This document shows positions 12,701-26,637 of a DNA stretch of 64,000 bases, piece after piece. The translations under genes and the position numbers were made by a program. Origin of the DNA: Vicugna vicugna (taxonomy: Eukaryota); NCBI GenBank assembly GCA_013265495.1, contig MU058687.1, positions 1,924,001 through 1,988,000 of the forward strand, read 5' to 3'. How positions within the stretch are numbered: the stretch's first letter is position 1; every line of letters begins with the position of its first letter. The notes beneath the pieces are model-generated. The model did no database searches, was not told the origin of the DNA, and saw only the letters and a list, made by a program, of their open reading frames with translations.

Positions 12701-14924
12701 AGTGAAGAGATGAGTCACAAACACCTTTGCCTGGGAAGGTATTTGTAACATACCTTCAAAAAATTAGTATCCAGATATTAAACAAAGAACTTTAAAAATC
12801 AGTAAGTAGTTTCTTAGATATGACATCAGAAGTATAAGGAACACAAGAAAAAAAAAGACAAACTGGACATCATCAACATTTTTAAATTTTGTGCTTCAAA
12901 GGACACTGTCAAAGTGAAATGACAACCCACAGGATGGGAGAAAACATCTGAAAGTCATGTATGCGATAAGGGACTTGTGTCTAGAATATGTAGAGAAATC
13001 TTACAACCCAGCGATTTAAAAGATGACTTGATTTTTTAAATGGGCACAGGATCTGAACAGACATTTCTCCAAAGAAGATACACTGTGCCAATAAGCATGT
13101 GAAAACATTCTCAACATCAGTAGCCACTGGGGAAATGAAATCAGAACCACAGCAGAATACCACTTCCCGTCCACCGTGATGGTGATAATCAAAAAGACAG
13201 AAAATAACAAGTGCTGATGAGGATGTGGAGAAATTGGGAGAATACACTGCAGATATGATTTGGCAGGTCCTCAAACCATTAGAATTACCATATAACCCAG
13301 CAATTCCACTCTTACGCATATAACCCAACAGAAATGAAAACATATATCCAAACAGAAAGCTTTTACGTGAATGTTGATAGCAGCATTATTAATAATAGCC
13401 AAGAGGTGGAAGCAGCCCAACCGCCCATCAAATGATGAGTGAATAAATAAAATGTAGTGTGTACACAAAACGCCATAAAAAAGGAATAGAGTAGTGGTGC
13501 CTGCTAGTGAATGACCTTTGAAAAAATTATGGTAGGTGAAAAGAAACCAGACATTAAGGACCACATATTATATGATTCCACTTGATATGCGGTGTCCACA
13601 GTAGACAAATCTATAGAGACAAAAAATAGATTAATGGTTGCCTGGGGCTGGGGGATGAGCTGTATGGGGGTGATGGCTAAGAGATATGGGGTTTCGTTTT
13701 CTTTCAGTGAAAATGTTCTAGACTTGCTTGTGGTGATGGATGCACAACTCTGAATATACTAAAAGCCACTGAATTGCACACATTAAATGGGTAAATTGAA
13801 TGGAATTCTATCACAGTAAAGCTATTTAAAAACATCAAGAAGCAGCAACTCACTTGGCAAAAGGCATGTCCAGGCATTTCACAGAGGAAAATACGTGTGC
13901 TCAGTGCTAGATACCTGAAGAGATGCTCAGCCTCATTCCCAGTCAGGTGAATCCCAGTGGAAACCACAGTAGGATGCCATCATATCTTCACCTGTTCGCA
14001 AAAATTTTAAGCTCAGGCGATACCACTTCTCCGCCGTAGAGGAGGGGAAGCCGAGAGGGAGCTCATCCGCTGGCAGAGAGGGTGTGAAGTGGTGCAACTG
14101 CTTTGGAAAATAATCTGGCATTATTTTTAGAGGGTTGAAGATGCAAGTATTTATGTCCCCAGCAATTCCACTCCGAAGTATCTATCTAAAGAAATCCTTC
14201 CAGTTGTGTGCTGAGATCACATATAAGAATAGTCACATAATAAAATAGCACTATAAAATTCAGAACCACATAAAACTAAACAATACAGTATTTAGATATA
14301 TATATATATATGAACTAAATAAACTTTTTAAAAAGCAAACAAGGAAAGGTTAAATGCAAAGTTCAGGGTAGTGGGAATGGGGAAGAATTGGAAGGATCTC
14401 ACAGGGGATTCAGGGTAATGGTAATTTTCCTTCTCTTACTTTGGAAGAGAGGGCTGTAGGTGTGTGTTTTGTGGATGGGGGCAGGGGGTACAAGGCAGAA
14501 TATTTTCTGACAACCTGACGTGGAGGGAAGATTTAGACAAACTCTGGAGCTAACATAGAGCAGATTTTCTGTGCAGTTCAATATTGAATGCTAATAATGC
14601 TGACCCTGAGTTTCTAGAAAAGGTTAATATATTTAGCATCTTCTATTTAAGAAGCAAAAAGGATGAAATGTTTTTATGAGGAGTAGGGAGAAAGCGAAGA
14701 AAACTACAGCCAAAAAAAGAAAAAGGCAGCAAAATTGAAGGGTTTTAGAACAGTTTCCAACAAAGGTGGTTAAAATGAATAGTTTTCTACTGCAAAGTGA
14801 TCGTCATTTATTTGGGCCACAGCTACTTTGTACTTCAGCAATGCTAACTAATCCAAACATGCTGTAAATTACTAAACCCCCACATGCCCATTTTGGACAC
14901 TTAGTGGCTGACTTTCTCTTTCAG

Positions 14925-14947
14925 ATCCTGCTCACACTAAACGATGA
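14925..14947 (+). CDS. TTLL5: Tubulin polyglutamylase TTLL5, coding part of terminal exon (..DPAHTKR*)
   Basis: Acceptor 'tttctctttcag|AT CCT GCT CAC ACT AAA CGA TGA'. Matches the recalled human TTLL5 C-terminus (..DPAHTKI*) and the known TTLL5-TGFB3-IFT43 synteny. Confidence 0.8.
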
Positions 14948-15580
14948 ACCACAAACCGGCGGAGGAAGAACCTATTCACTAGTCCCACTACTCCTGGGTG
15001 CGTGACTGCCAGGGAAGCATCCACCAGTGCTGCAAGGGGTGCAGAGTGTATTTTTTGCTGCCTCAGTCCCCAATGCCTTCAAGCAGAAGTGGCAGTAGAT
15101 TGTTGCCTACCAGCCAATCCAGACTCTTCCTGAGACGACAGGAAAACATTTCAGCTAGGTTTCGATGGACCTTGGCAGTGGGGACATTCAGCTGATGCAT
15201 TATATTACCCCATCAGAGCACACGTGTATCTTTTACCCCTTCTGCCCCCTCCCCAACCTGTATAGGTCTCCTCTGTCCCTCTCCTGCTACCGCACAGAGA
15301 TGATATAAAAGAGGCTCTTTGGCTATTTGCATTTTGCTTCCTCTTCTTTTCCAGATTGCAGTATTAAGCTTTATCTCCTACAAGCCTAAAATCCCAACAA
15401 CAGTATCTACCAAAGTTGTTCTTCCCTTTCCAGAGGGTTTAGGGGGAAGGGGGAGCTTACATCACAAGTCTCCCAGAGAGTGGAGGAAAGTCGGTGTGCT
15501 GCTGACCACATGAGCCATGGTAAAGGCGCCCTTTGGAATTACTGATTTCTAAAACTAATAAAGTAAGTCTATTTTTATTT
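14948..15580 (+). other. TTLL5: TTLL5 3' UTR with AATAAA at 15557-15562
   Basis: Non-repetitive ~630 nt after the stop, ending in AATAAA followed by a T-rich tract. Confidence 0.75.
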
Positions 15581-18277
15581 TATTTTTTTCCATTTACTAA
15601 TTTCCCAACAATCAGTATTCACAAATAAGACAAACGGGACCAACTTATCTTACTTCATTGCTGGGCAATTTATTTAAACTTCAGTGAAGAAATGTGAGCT
15701 GTAAAGCGATGTTTTATTCTTATATTTGGTTTCAACAGATGGTGGGTCCAGGCTGCTCCCGAGGGGCCACTCCCACACCTGGGGAGCTGGTGCTGCCAGT
15801 GCCTCCATTATCAGACCACAGCAGACAGGCCCTCCAGTGGCACGTGAATCTGTATCCAGTTGCACAGCGTTGACCTAAACAGTTCATCAGAATGAGGCAG
15901 CACGGCCCCCTGGCTGCTTTCTGCTTGACCTCTGCTCTCTCGCTTCCTCACCTGTCCTATCCTCTCTCTGGCTTCCGCTGGGGGAACGGTTGACAGGTGG
16001 GCTGCGAGAACCCACTGAAGGTATACTTAGCTGCCCCAAGGAATTATTGGGTGAGAATCCAGCCTCTGGGGTTTCCACAACAAGGTGCTATAGATTCAGC
16101 ATGGAAGTCCCAAATGAAAAAGGACACTCAAAAGGCGGAGAGAAGAGGGGCTCTGTTGCCTTCGGAGTGAATGAAAGCAGACTTGAGCTCAGTGAAGCAC
16201 TGTTCATTTGTGAGGGGTAAAGTCTGTCAGCTGCAGGAGAGAAGAGAGAATGCGTTCCAGATGTTCCTGGTACTTCTGGTTAGTAGTTTGAGGACCATCT
16301 TAATTGTTTGCTAACTTCATTATAAATTGGTTCAGAGACAAATTAGAATTCCCTCCTAATCTCCTGCTGATGTGTAGAATTGAGAAATAAGACGTTTGGG
16401 GAGACTCGCCATGTGAGTCTTAAGAAAAAGCATGAGATGGTTCAAGCCCAGTAAAAGACCTTTTAGACCAGAATTGCCCTAGGTGACCGTTGAATTGAGT
16501 CCTGCAGCTGATCTCTTACTGCGTTCACCAGGTGCTGACCAGGCGTCAGACCAGACTCCAGGTCTCTCCCTTCATTTACCCAGGTGCTTTAGTGTCAGCA
16601 TTACTGGCACTGGACTTCTCCTGGTAATAAACCAGGCAAATCATATGATCCTCCTTCCAACAGCAGTGTCCCTCCTTATACTTCCCCACAACAAGTGTGT
16701 ATTTTTAAAGACAGACAGACGATGGTTCAAGTTTCTGTACTGCCTGTAAGTGACGTGGAATGAGGAGTCTGGATTTCAGACCTCTGCCCTTGTTTGTATC
16801 AGCTGATTAAGGTAAGAATAGAGCTCTAATGAAAAAACACTTGGAATCACAGTGGGTCTGTTTTCTTTGGGCTGTTTCAGGAAACCCTGTTTGTTGTCTT
16901 GATTCATGATGATGAACCATAGGCCAACAATCTAGTGATGTCCTGCGAGACTGGATGAAAAGGAAGGTTATTCTAGGGCCAGGAAGATTTTTTCCCTCTT
17001 CCTTAGTTGAGCTCAAGTGAGGATCAGTGATGTCAGGTGTAATGCACTGCTTTTCAAAATGCAGGTTTTAGGCAGGCTGGACCCTGCTCCAGTCCTAAAG
17101 ACTTCTCAAAAGCTGCAGCCTGAATTTGTAGATTTTAAATAAACACTTGGGTGATTCTCATGCCCAGTGAAATTTGAGATTGACTGCCATCAGTGAATAG
17201 ACTGAAATTTGGGATAACGTTGGCCACAGCTCAGGGGCTAAGCATGTGCATCCCCTCTCCAGACCCACTGGCTCCCTTGAGTAAGATGAAACATAACCCC
17301 GCCAGCCATGATTTTAGGGCAAGGACATAGCCCCCGAAATACAGTGAAAGCAAAGGAGTGCCACATGGGATGAAGTCTGAGAGAGAAGCCCTTAGAATTA
17401 GCCAGGCAGAGACAAAGCAGGGAAAAAGATCTTGGTGACCAAACTCAGGAGTTCAGTTTGGGACAAGTCCAAAAGGAGTAAGGTACACGCACACCTAGCT
17501 ACACATACACACAGAGGCACAAACATACTGTACACCTCCTTCACCCTGCAATTTCAGCTTCAGATAGACTTTTTTTTTTTTGCCAGCGGTTAAGTGAAGG
17601 AACATGTTTTTCAGGAGCTGCTGGATGGTTCCTCACTCACTGCAGATGGTCGCTTCATGTGGATATACACCACAATAGAATTAATTCTGCATTGCTCTGG
17701 CATCCGTGACCTCAAAAGAGAACAATAGTATTGTGCTTTTCTTGCTCTCTCCCATTCCCAGTTCCCTGACAAGGGGCCCATCCTCTGAAAAGGGGTCCCT
17801 GTCGAGCTCTTCTAGGCTCAACCTGAGAACAGCATTAGCCTCATATTCTTAAGGCATTTGCCACAGTTTCTCTAGTTCTCAACTGATTTGGAGGGTGAGA
17901 TGAGATTTTCAAAAATGATGATGTTGGTAATTTATAGTGAATGTACAAACCATTTCCACCTGCAAGGGTTCACACCAAGTGATGTTGCCCACGGCTAAAT
18001 GGAGGTCAGATTTGTATACTTTCTGCAGATCTGAGCCACTGCACTGCCTCTGTGTGTCTGAGAACAACATACTTTGAAAGAAGGAAGGAAACACAAACAC
18101 TAGTGCCGTCCTCTCAGATGGCAAAAGGCAGGGCAGTGTCCTCTCTCCAGGGCATTCATGGTCTGCAATGTATTTGATGTTTGAGATTCTCGGCCCCAGA
18201 GTCCAGTTACCTCTGATTAGTAGGTGTGGACATGGAATTACAAAGAGGGTAATTAAGGACACTTATCAAGTCAGACT

Positions 18278-19332
18278 TACACCTTAGAAGAAGGTTTTTA
18301 TTGTTTAGAAACAGTCTTCCAGAAGATGAAATGATCCAAGATTCCCCAAAAATATGTATTTATTCAAAGATTTTGAGAGTAATATTTGTTTTGTCTTTAT
18401 ACCTCAGTCTGTGCATCTGGGGCCAAGTCATTGTGTGGCACGTGTGCAACTTCCCCGCACGCCTCACACGTTGTAGCACCTGCTTCCAGGAACACCAGGT
18501 GAGCACAGGGTCTTGAGGGGTCAGGAGGGGAAACCCATAATGCCCCAAGGCCGCACAGATCCAAACTCCAGATTTGTGCGCCCCGACCTGGAAGGTGTCT
18601 AGCCAAATGTCGAAGGAGAAACACGACGGAGGAAGAAGGCGAGAGGAGGAACTCGGGGGGCCTACCGGAGAGGGTTAACTCCCACCCTCTGCTTCTGAGT
18701 TCAGCGTACCCAGAGGGCTTCGTTCCCTGGGTTTTCTCCCTGTAATGACTCTTGATGCTAATGAACGTCCAGGGAACAATTTGCAAAACTAACAGATTTG
18801 TCCTTAATCCCCAGGTAAGTGTGAGATACAGATCTGGGGTTTTGTCTTGGGAAACTGCCTAAAGGAAAAGGCTTGCCTTGTAGGACGTAATCCGGATTCC
18901 CTAGAGCAGATGTGGGGCAGCGATGAGCAAATCTGACCTCGGCTCCACGTGTCTTCCAGCCTGGCCCTGTCCCGGCCACTCTCTGCCCTTCTTCCTCCCT
19001 AAGGTATCCCAAATCCCACGGGCCCGCGACATGTCGACTTGCCATCCCTCTTCCTCTGTCCCCACCACCTCTGTCCACGTCACAGAAAATCTGTGTGTTC
19101 TGAAGCGTTCAACTTCCCCTAATCAAACCCACACTTTCTTTACTACAGTGATTCTCAGAGCCAGCAAGAAAGAGAAATGTTCCAAAAGGGAACCTCCGTC
19201 TCAGCCATTTGCCTGGAGCTGAAGGTTGTGGGCTCCTGGCCTCGAGGTGAGGTCTGTTGCTTTTGTGTTTCCCGAGGAGCAGGCGGTCCAGCAGTCGCCA
19301 TTCTCCCTCCTCTCTCTGTCACAGGCGGGGCC
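18278..19332 (-). other. TGFB3: TGFB3 3' UTR with two AATAAA signals (18359-18364 and 18297-18302)
   Basis: Follows the TGA at 19333-19335. Two 'tttatt' on + strand. The distal one reads 'ctaaacaataaaaaccttcttctaaggtgta' on -, like the recalled human mRNA end. Confidence 0.8.
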
Positions 19333-19506
<174 letters not shown>

Positions 19507-20322
19507 TTATTTAGAGCTTGGAAAGCCACGCCTCAGGCTGGGGGCCCAGGGACCCTATGAGGTCTAGGGGCTGCTCCAGAGACTGAGCAAGGGGTGAGCT
19601 GGTCACTGATGCTACTTCTGAGGAATTGGCGGAACATCATTTGGGTGAGTGACCGGTGGCCATTCATCCACACGGGGTGAGCACATCACATCTGTGTATT
19701 ATCAGTTTAAGCATATTTCAGTTACTGGGGACTTTGAATTGATCATGAAATTCTCTTGGCTGTGAAAAAAACGCTCCTATATTGGTCTTCCTAGCTGTAA
19801 CTGATCACTTGGGTGAGAAATGGTCTCACTAAACATTGCCTTGGGCCTCCTAGTTAAAGGGCCAAAGTGTGGGGCCCCAGACAGGATGCAGCAACAAGGG
19901 GCTATAAGGAAATGTACTTCACAGATCACTGCCCTATCTGGGATTCCCCTTGAAGGAAAGACAAACTCGTTTCAGAGTCGTGGACTTCCCTCTCCCTTCT
20001 CTTCCCTTTGTTTCGTTTAGCTACTTCTGTGTATTTTACCTCGTCTTTCCAAACTTTTCTACATTTAGGAGGCTAGAATTATTAGAGTTCTTTATCTGAT
20101 GGTAGAAGCCTTTCGGCCCCAACATCCCTTGCCAGCCAAGTGCACTCTGGCATATGAGGTGGCCCATGACATCTAATTCATTTCCAGAGTACAAAAGCAT
20201 ATTAAAAGTCTGGTTGAAACTGTGAATGAAATGTTAGGGCAGAATGTGACCCACTAGAGTTGGTGCCAAGATCAGAACCTTCATCAAGGGGATTTTACAC
20301 ATCCCAGATCATCATCCACTCA

Positions 20323-20592
<270 letters not shown>

Positions 20593-21243
20593 TCACCCTA
20601 AAAGGAAATCACTGATATAAAAAACTTCACAAATGGCCCTCTTATTTGCACTTGGAGTCCTTCCCGGTCATATTAAGAGGTGGCTCTAATCAGTGGAATC
20701 TCAGGTTCAAGTGCATTGAGCTGTATTAACTCTAAAGGCATTTTCCTGTATTGAAGACCAGGAGCCCAAGGACATAGTAGGCAGATACAGATAATAGAGG
20801 AAGAAAGGAAAAAAGGCAAAAGTGGCCCTGCCCTTTTACATCACAAATCAAAAGAAAGACTTAAAGTCCGCCACACAAAACCAAGCGCTGAATGTAACTA
20901 GCCAACACAGCTTTGTTAGGGTCAATTTTATTGTGACTTTCCTAACATGCACCCAACCAGAAATGAACTCTAAGCTCCTGCAGCCTGTACACTAGAGTAT
21001 AGGACTGCTTAGATTAAATCTAGGGACCATGGAATCAAAATGAGGCGTATCCTATCCTAGATTATCCTAAATGTGATTATCAGGCCACTTTAATTCTGTT
21101 GCCTGCATAAATCCATTTGGCAATACCCCTTGCCAAGTGGGCATCTAGCCCACACTTCAGCATCTGCTGAGGTCTAGAACTCGCTGCTGCCAAAGGCAGC
21201 TATTGGCCAAAATCTGGCTTCTTGTGGGTACCACGGGCAAACC

Positions 21244-21765
21244 ACAGCAGACACTCTCGGTTATCTCCTTAACAGCAGACACTCTTGGTTATCTCCTTAA
21301 CAGCCATTCCTACCCCCAACCCTTGCCACCACCCATGACAGTCTGGAACAACACATACTTGTTTTCCTGGCCTCCCTTACAGGTAGGGATGGTCATGTAA
21401 CCCAGCAATGACCAATCAGACATAAGGAGAAGTATGCACTGGGTGAGGGCAAATTTTGGCAAAGATATCTGATTCTTTATAAAAGTCAAAGAGGGAAGAG
21501 GAAAGCTGCTGGTTCTGCTGCTTCCCTTCTCTTGCCTTGAGATGGACAAGATGCCTGGAGCTCGAGCAGTCACTGTGACTGTAAACAAGAGGATGAAAGC
21601 CAACATACTGAGCACGGCAGACTGAAGAGAGAGAAACCCTGTGTCCTCTAGAAGTAAGCAGCCAGCCCAGCACTGGGCCTGCTCCTACACACTTCTTGTG
21701 AACAGGGAATCCCTTGTGGTTTAAGCCACTGTCATTTGCAGCCAAGAGCAGCCATTCCTAACTGA
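21244..21765. mobile_element. MaLR (MLT1-like) LTR in TGFB3 intron 5, starting with a 28-bp tandem duplication (21244-21271 / 21272-21299)
   Basis: Duplication acagcagacactct(c/t)ggttatctcctta x2. MLT1-like motifs 'ggatggtcatgtaacccagcaatgaccaatcagacataagg' and 'ttgcagccaagagcagccattcctaactgat'. Confidence 0.6.
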
Positions 21766-22770
21766 TGAAGGAAGAACCACACAGAACAAATCTCCATGGC
21801 AGCCTTCAGACACTTGGAGGAAACCACACTGCCTTTCCTATACCTTCTGTTCCTGAAGCTCAGCATCCCCAGTGTATTCAGTTGTTGCTCAGAAGACACG
21901 GTTTTAGATCTAAAGATTTCCCAGTTCTTTCTTCCCAGCTCCATTCAGGCATCCTCCTCTCCAGCCAAACCAAACCATTCATGTTCCTTCCTTTACTGGA
22001 AGTGCTTCCTCCTCCCGTATCCCTCCATACCCAGGCCTCACTCATCCTTGAAGACTCAGTTCAAATTTCGTACCCTCCTGAAGCCTTTCTTGCATCCATC
22101 AATTAACTCCTCGCTCCAGATTCTGAAAGCACTTTATCTTTCGGATCTTCTCAGGGATGTGGTCATGTTCTACCTTTTAGTAATCACTGTGTATGCTTTT
22201 TTTTAATTCCCCTCCCTTGTAAATGGGAACCTATTCCTAAACAAGAGAAGATGCTCTGTCTTTTTTTTTTTTTTAATCTCTTTCCAGTGGCTACCCAACT
22301 ATTTCCGAATTAGTTTGTAATTTCTCTAGCTCAAGTTCCTGGCTGCAAGTGGAGACTGTCCTATTTTCCCTCATCCAGTAGCATCCTTGGATCCTTCACA
22401 GGGAACTGAGCACTTCTTTAACAGAAATCTCTGCATTAATCTCCCTGCCACACAAACATGCCCTAGAAGCATTTTAAAACGTGAAAATCATGGAGAAACC
22501 AAGCTTCTCCAATCCAAGCCATTTCAGTAACACTGTCCTCCTCCTTTACTTCATCCAGGCCCTTAAAGAGCTGGGCTGTGGAAAAACAGTGGGGTTCCCA
22601 GAAAAACAGAAAGAGATTTGTAAGAGATTCTAAATCTTCATTCCTGGAGATGTTTGTGAAAAGCATCGGGGACCCTCAGCTGGGCACAGCTTCCTGAGGC
22701 CTGAGCCACGGTCAGCACACAGTCAGGGTTGTCTTGGACGTCCAATGACCCTGAGTGGGCCCAGGCTTAC

Positions 22771-22939
22771 CGGAAGCAGTAATTGGTGTCCAGGGCCCTC
22801 TTCTTCCTCTGACCCCCCTGGCCTGGGTTGTCCAGCCGGTCTGGGGGAATCATCATGAGGATGAGATGAGGGCTGTGTTCCTTCTTCTTCTTAAGTCGCC
22901 CCAGATCTCCACGGCCTGGATCATCCTCACTGTCCACAC
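22771..22939 (-). CDS. TGFB3: TGF-beta 3 exon 5 (169 nt): [57 protein letters not shown]
   Basis: ctgcag|GT ... CG|gtaagc. Contains the integrin motif RGDLGRL (22893-22913) and furin site RKKR (22797-22808). Confidence 0.97.
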
Positions 22940-24650
22940 CTGCAGGAAGGGAGGAAGGTGATGGTTCTCTTGTCTAAGGAGGGCAGGGGGAGGCTGCTTT
23001 CTCATCCCATCCCATCACTGTTCAGGTGCAGTCTGTGAGGAAGGCAGAGGTGAGATGCAGCTTCATGTTAATGTTTCACTGCAGGAAGGGGAAGACCAGG
23101 TGGAGGAACCAATATCAGAGGAACCCACAAGACGCCCCTGGTCAGATCCCCTCGTGACTCCTGTGCGTACATCTTTCAGAGGGGACCTTCAGGGATCCAT
23201 GAGGCATCCCTGTCACTAGGCGGCTCTAATAAATTCTTTTGGTTTGTCAGTTTAGATTCTGAGGCTTAGAACCTTGAGTTTTCTCTTATAATCTGAATTG
23301 GTCAAGATAGCACAGAAGTCCTGACTATGATTTAAGGTGTCACAGTTTAAAACAGTTTGAATGGAAGCCAGAGGAACAAGAATGAATATTGTTAATAATC
23401 ACATTGCACTTACAGTTTCAAAGCTGTGTTCTCTATAAAACTCAGATGAGGTAATGAAATGTATGACTAACTCTGGAAGGAAAACCTGATATTTCATCTA
23501 CGGAGACTGAAAACTGAATTAGAAGGAGTCTCAACTAAAAGAAGATCTATTCTGTGACAGACAGCTGCCAGCTATCGTCCACCTCCACCAGGGAGGGACA
23601 GGAAAATGAGGAGCTGAATTTGCGTGATGACAAGAGGGACTTGGACCTCATACAGGGGGCACTCAGGCTGAGAGAATAAACGGGAAAACTGGATCTCAAA
23701 TTTCCTTTTCTGAAAATCTTCATGAATAAGATAACTGCTTACTGACGTGGGAGAATTTCATCCTAACCCGGCCTGTAGGTACAGACTCCAAAGGTCTTAT
23801 GCGTTCTGAGGTTCTGGGATTAGGACGTCAAATGCTTTGGCTGTAAAAACAATTAGGCTCTGAAATAAAGCCCATGAAGGGTCAAAGACTGCCAAGGGCT
23901 GGGAGACTAGAGAGACCTGCATCTTTTTCCAGACATGCCTCTGACCCCAGGCTTTGCCTTGGTTGGTTTGACCTTGACAAACTACCTGGCGTCAGGTGTG
24001 CCTACCCAGGTTCCCATAAGGGGCTTTGAAAGGAAAATAAAACTTCCTTGGAATCTAGAGAGTTGTCTAGGCTGAACACCTTAGAAATACAGCAGAAAAG
24101 CAGAAATGACTCAACCATTTTGCCATCTCTAGGCAAACACCCTGAGGCCTGAAGCAATGGTTCAAACCAGATGACTGATCAGGCGGGCTCTGTGACATCT
24201 GGGAAGCCCAGCAGTCAGAGCACTCACATTCACGGCCACCAAAGTTCATTTCTTTTGGGGAAAGGGAAGACAACTACTATTTAGTGAGCACCATGGCACT
24301 TTCTACATGTTTTACGCTGGTTATCTCATTTAATTTCATGACAACACTGAGAAAGAGGTACTCACACCCCCATTTTACTGACTGAGCTCAGAAAAGTGGA
24401 ACAGCTTGCCTACGTGATTTCACGGCTCTTACCAGCATAAGGCTGTCTTCCAAATGCTAATGAATTCTCTATAGCTATAACCTGAATGTCACACTCCTTG
24501 CTTTTGGGACACAGCAGAAGCACACAAGTACAAAAGAGCTGGCCATCTCCGAGAGAGAGCTCGGTTCTTTTCTTTGAGTCTGGCAGGGGTCTCCTGTCTT
24601 GCCTCATTCACTGCCCCCACCTGTCCTACCATACACATCCATTTTGTTAC

Positions 24651-24758
24651 CTTTGAATTTGATTTCCATCACCTCTTGAATGTTTTCCAGGATATCCCCA
24701 TTGGGCTGAAAGGTGTGACATGGACAATGAATGCTGATTTCCAGACCTAAGTTGGACT
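24651..24758 (-). CDS. TGFB3: TGF-beta 3 exon 4 (108 nt): [36 protein letters not shown]
   Basis: tttgcag|AG ... G|gtaaca. Contains the LAP CPC dimerisation cysteines. Confidence 0.96.
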
Positions 24759-26489
24759 CTGCAAAGTAAGACACAGAGTTGGTGAGACAAGCGCTTTGTT
24801 TGATGAAGAAGGGTACCCATCAGCCACGCATGGCAGGGCTGGGACCTCTGCTGCCACAGGTAGTCATAGGAACTAGGTTAGACTGAGGGTCACAGGAGAC
24901 AGAAGATGCTGGAAAGCTAAAGCAGACCCTCACACTCACACTACCACATTCCATGCACTTCTGTTACATTGCAGACAACCCAGTGGAGGCATAAACCAGT
25001 GCGCATCATGAGGGACAACTGTCATAGCCATCTCTTTTCAAAGGATGGTATTAGGAAAAAATTGTCACCAGCTACTAGGAGACAAGAATGAAGGGACAAG
25101 AAAGAAAGGAAAAAACAGTCACACCCCCTACGTGTTGGTTGGGAGAGGAGATATTCGAGCCAACCTGCTAAGGAAGGATGAAGGGGAGAGAAGGGGACTG
25201 GGAGAGACTGGGGAAAGGGGAAAACTGAACAACTTGGGGTAGAGAGGCTGTGATTCAAAAAGCCACAACCTCAAAGGGCCACAAGGTACGAGGAAGGTGG
25301 CACAGTCTGAGCTCTAGGATTAAAAGTCAAGAAGCAAGGCCGAAGCAAGTTCTCCTGCGAGCAGGCAGCAGAAGCAGTCAGGGTGGAAGATGCCAGCATT
25401 TTGCCCAGGGCTGCGATTATAAACAGAGAGAGGGTGGTAGATTCCATGGGAGGTAAGATGCAAATCACAGTTACACTTGGCTATATTTTCCTTAAGGAAC
25501 CAGGACATGACAAGGTCCAGGTAACTTAGAGTTTCTTCTTTGGGAATCCTTGTTCACCCTTATGAGGAAGTTGGAAATGTGCATTGTGGATGGTTCACTG
25601 AGGGAAAACCACCAGTTCAGGAAGACAGCTGTGAAATTAGAGAGCAGGCTGGAGGAGATGGCAGAGGGCCATGGCCAAGGGTCTGGGTGACATGAGCTCA
25701 CAGAGAACAAGTGTAAGGAAGCCTGGAGGTGCCAGGGTTTGGTGAGTGACATTCTGGGGCAAAGAGGCCAGCTCTGGCCCTTTCTCCTGTTGCTTGTGGG
25801 GTCAGGTATTTTGGTAACTAAAACTGGGAAAGCAGGGAAATTCGTAAAAGGGGTTGAATAAAGTGGAAGGAAAAAAGGAAAAATACGAAGTGAAAAATTT
25901 GAATTGACTATAGTAGTTTTATGCAGGGAAACCAAGTCAGGGCTTGGTATCATGGCCATTCTGGTTGGTAAGACTCAATCAGGGAAGCTCTCTTGATCCT
26001 GGGGCAGCAGCCAGCTGTGGTAAGGTATTGGAGAAGTCATGGGGGATGACCTCTGAGTTCAGGGTCAGCTTCTCAGGGAGATGGTTGATTTACTGCTCTC
26101 TGAGGTCATCCTGGTTCTTTGTGAGCATCTAGCCTTGGGACCAACCTGGGGTCTTCCTGAAATCTGGTGTCATCAAGGAAAATTCCGAAGAGTCCAGGCC
26201 AGCTCAACATCCTTCTCATGGACAGAATGGCCCAAGTCCAGAGAGTCCAGTCATTGTTAGGCAGACCTGGATGTCTCAAGTTCTACTGGTTAAAAACCAG
26301 CTCAATCCCTCTTCCCTAAACTCTAGAGCCCAGCTTCACTTGTCTTGCCCCCAGTCAGGGCAGCCTCTAAGGACAAACTGACACCTGCTGAACTTGAAGA
26401 GGTCTATTCCAGAAGTTTAGCTCTGGAGGGGAAGGGAGGGCCCAATACAACACAGAAGCTGAGCCCCAGATGGAGAACAAGAAGTGATT

Positions 26490-26562
26490 TGAACACCAGA
26501 AATTGATGCAACATTGTAAACTGACTAGACTGCAGTTTTGAAAGAGAGAAAGAGAGAAAGAG

Positions 26563-26596
<34 letters not shown>

Positions 26597-26637
26597 GAAA
26601 GAAAGAAAGAAAGAAAAAGAAAGAAAGGGAGAAAGAG
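26490..26637 (+). mobile_element. ~50-nt L1 3' tip whose tail is a (GAAA)n/(GAGAAA)n microsatellite
   Basis: 'gaacaccagaaattgatgcaacattgtaaactgactagactgca' plus a purine repeat, flanked by a 10-bp TSD 'agaagtgatt' (26480-26489 and 26638-26647). Confidence 0.7.

Larger units (their letters stand above)
7130..14370 (+). mobile_element. Large fragmented ancient L1 (ORF1, ORF2 and 3' UTR remnants) with nested SINEs, L2 and a second L1 3' end (~12810-13830)
   Basis: A-rich + strand with L1 hallmarks: 'cacacctagacacaccatactaaaact', 'gcatttgataaaattcaatatcc', 'gatctgaacagacatttctccaaagaagata', 'cccagcaattccactc'. No intact ORF. Confidence 0.75.

Noticed and set aside
12981..14121. Several 60-120 aa minus-strand ORFs
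   Set aside because: Antisense readings of decayed L1 sequence with no exon structure.
14944..14982. ATGA stop-start overlap at the TTLL5 stop opening MNHKPAEEEPIH*
   Set aside because: Only 12 codons, expected by chance, with no evidence for reinitiation.
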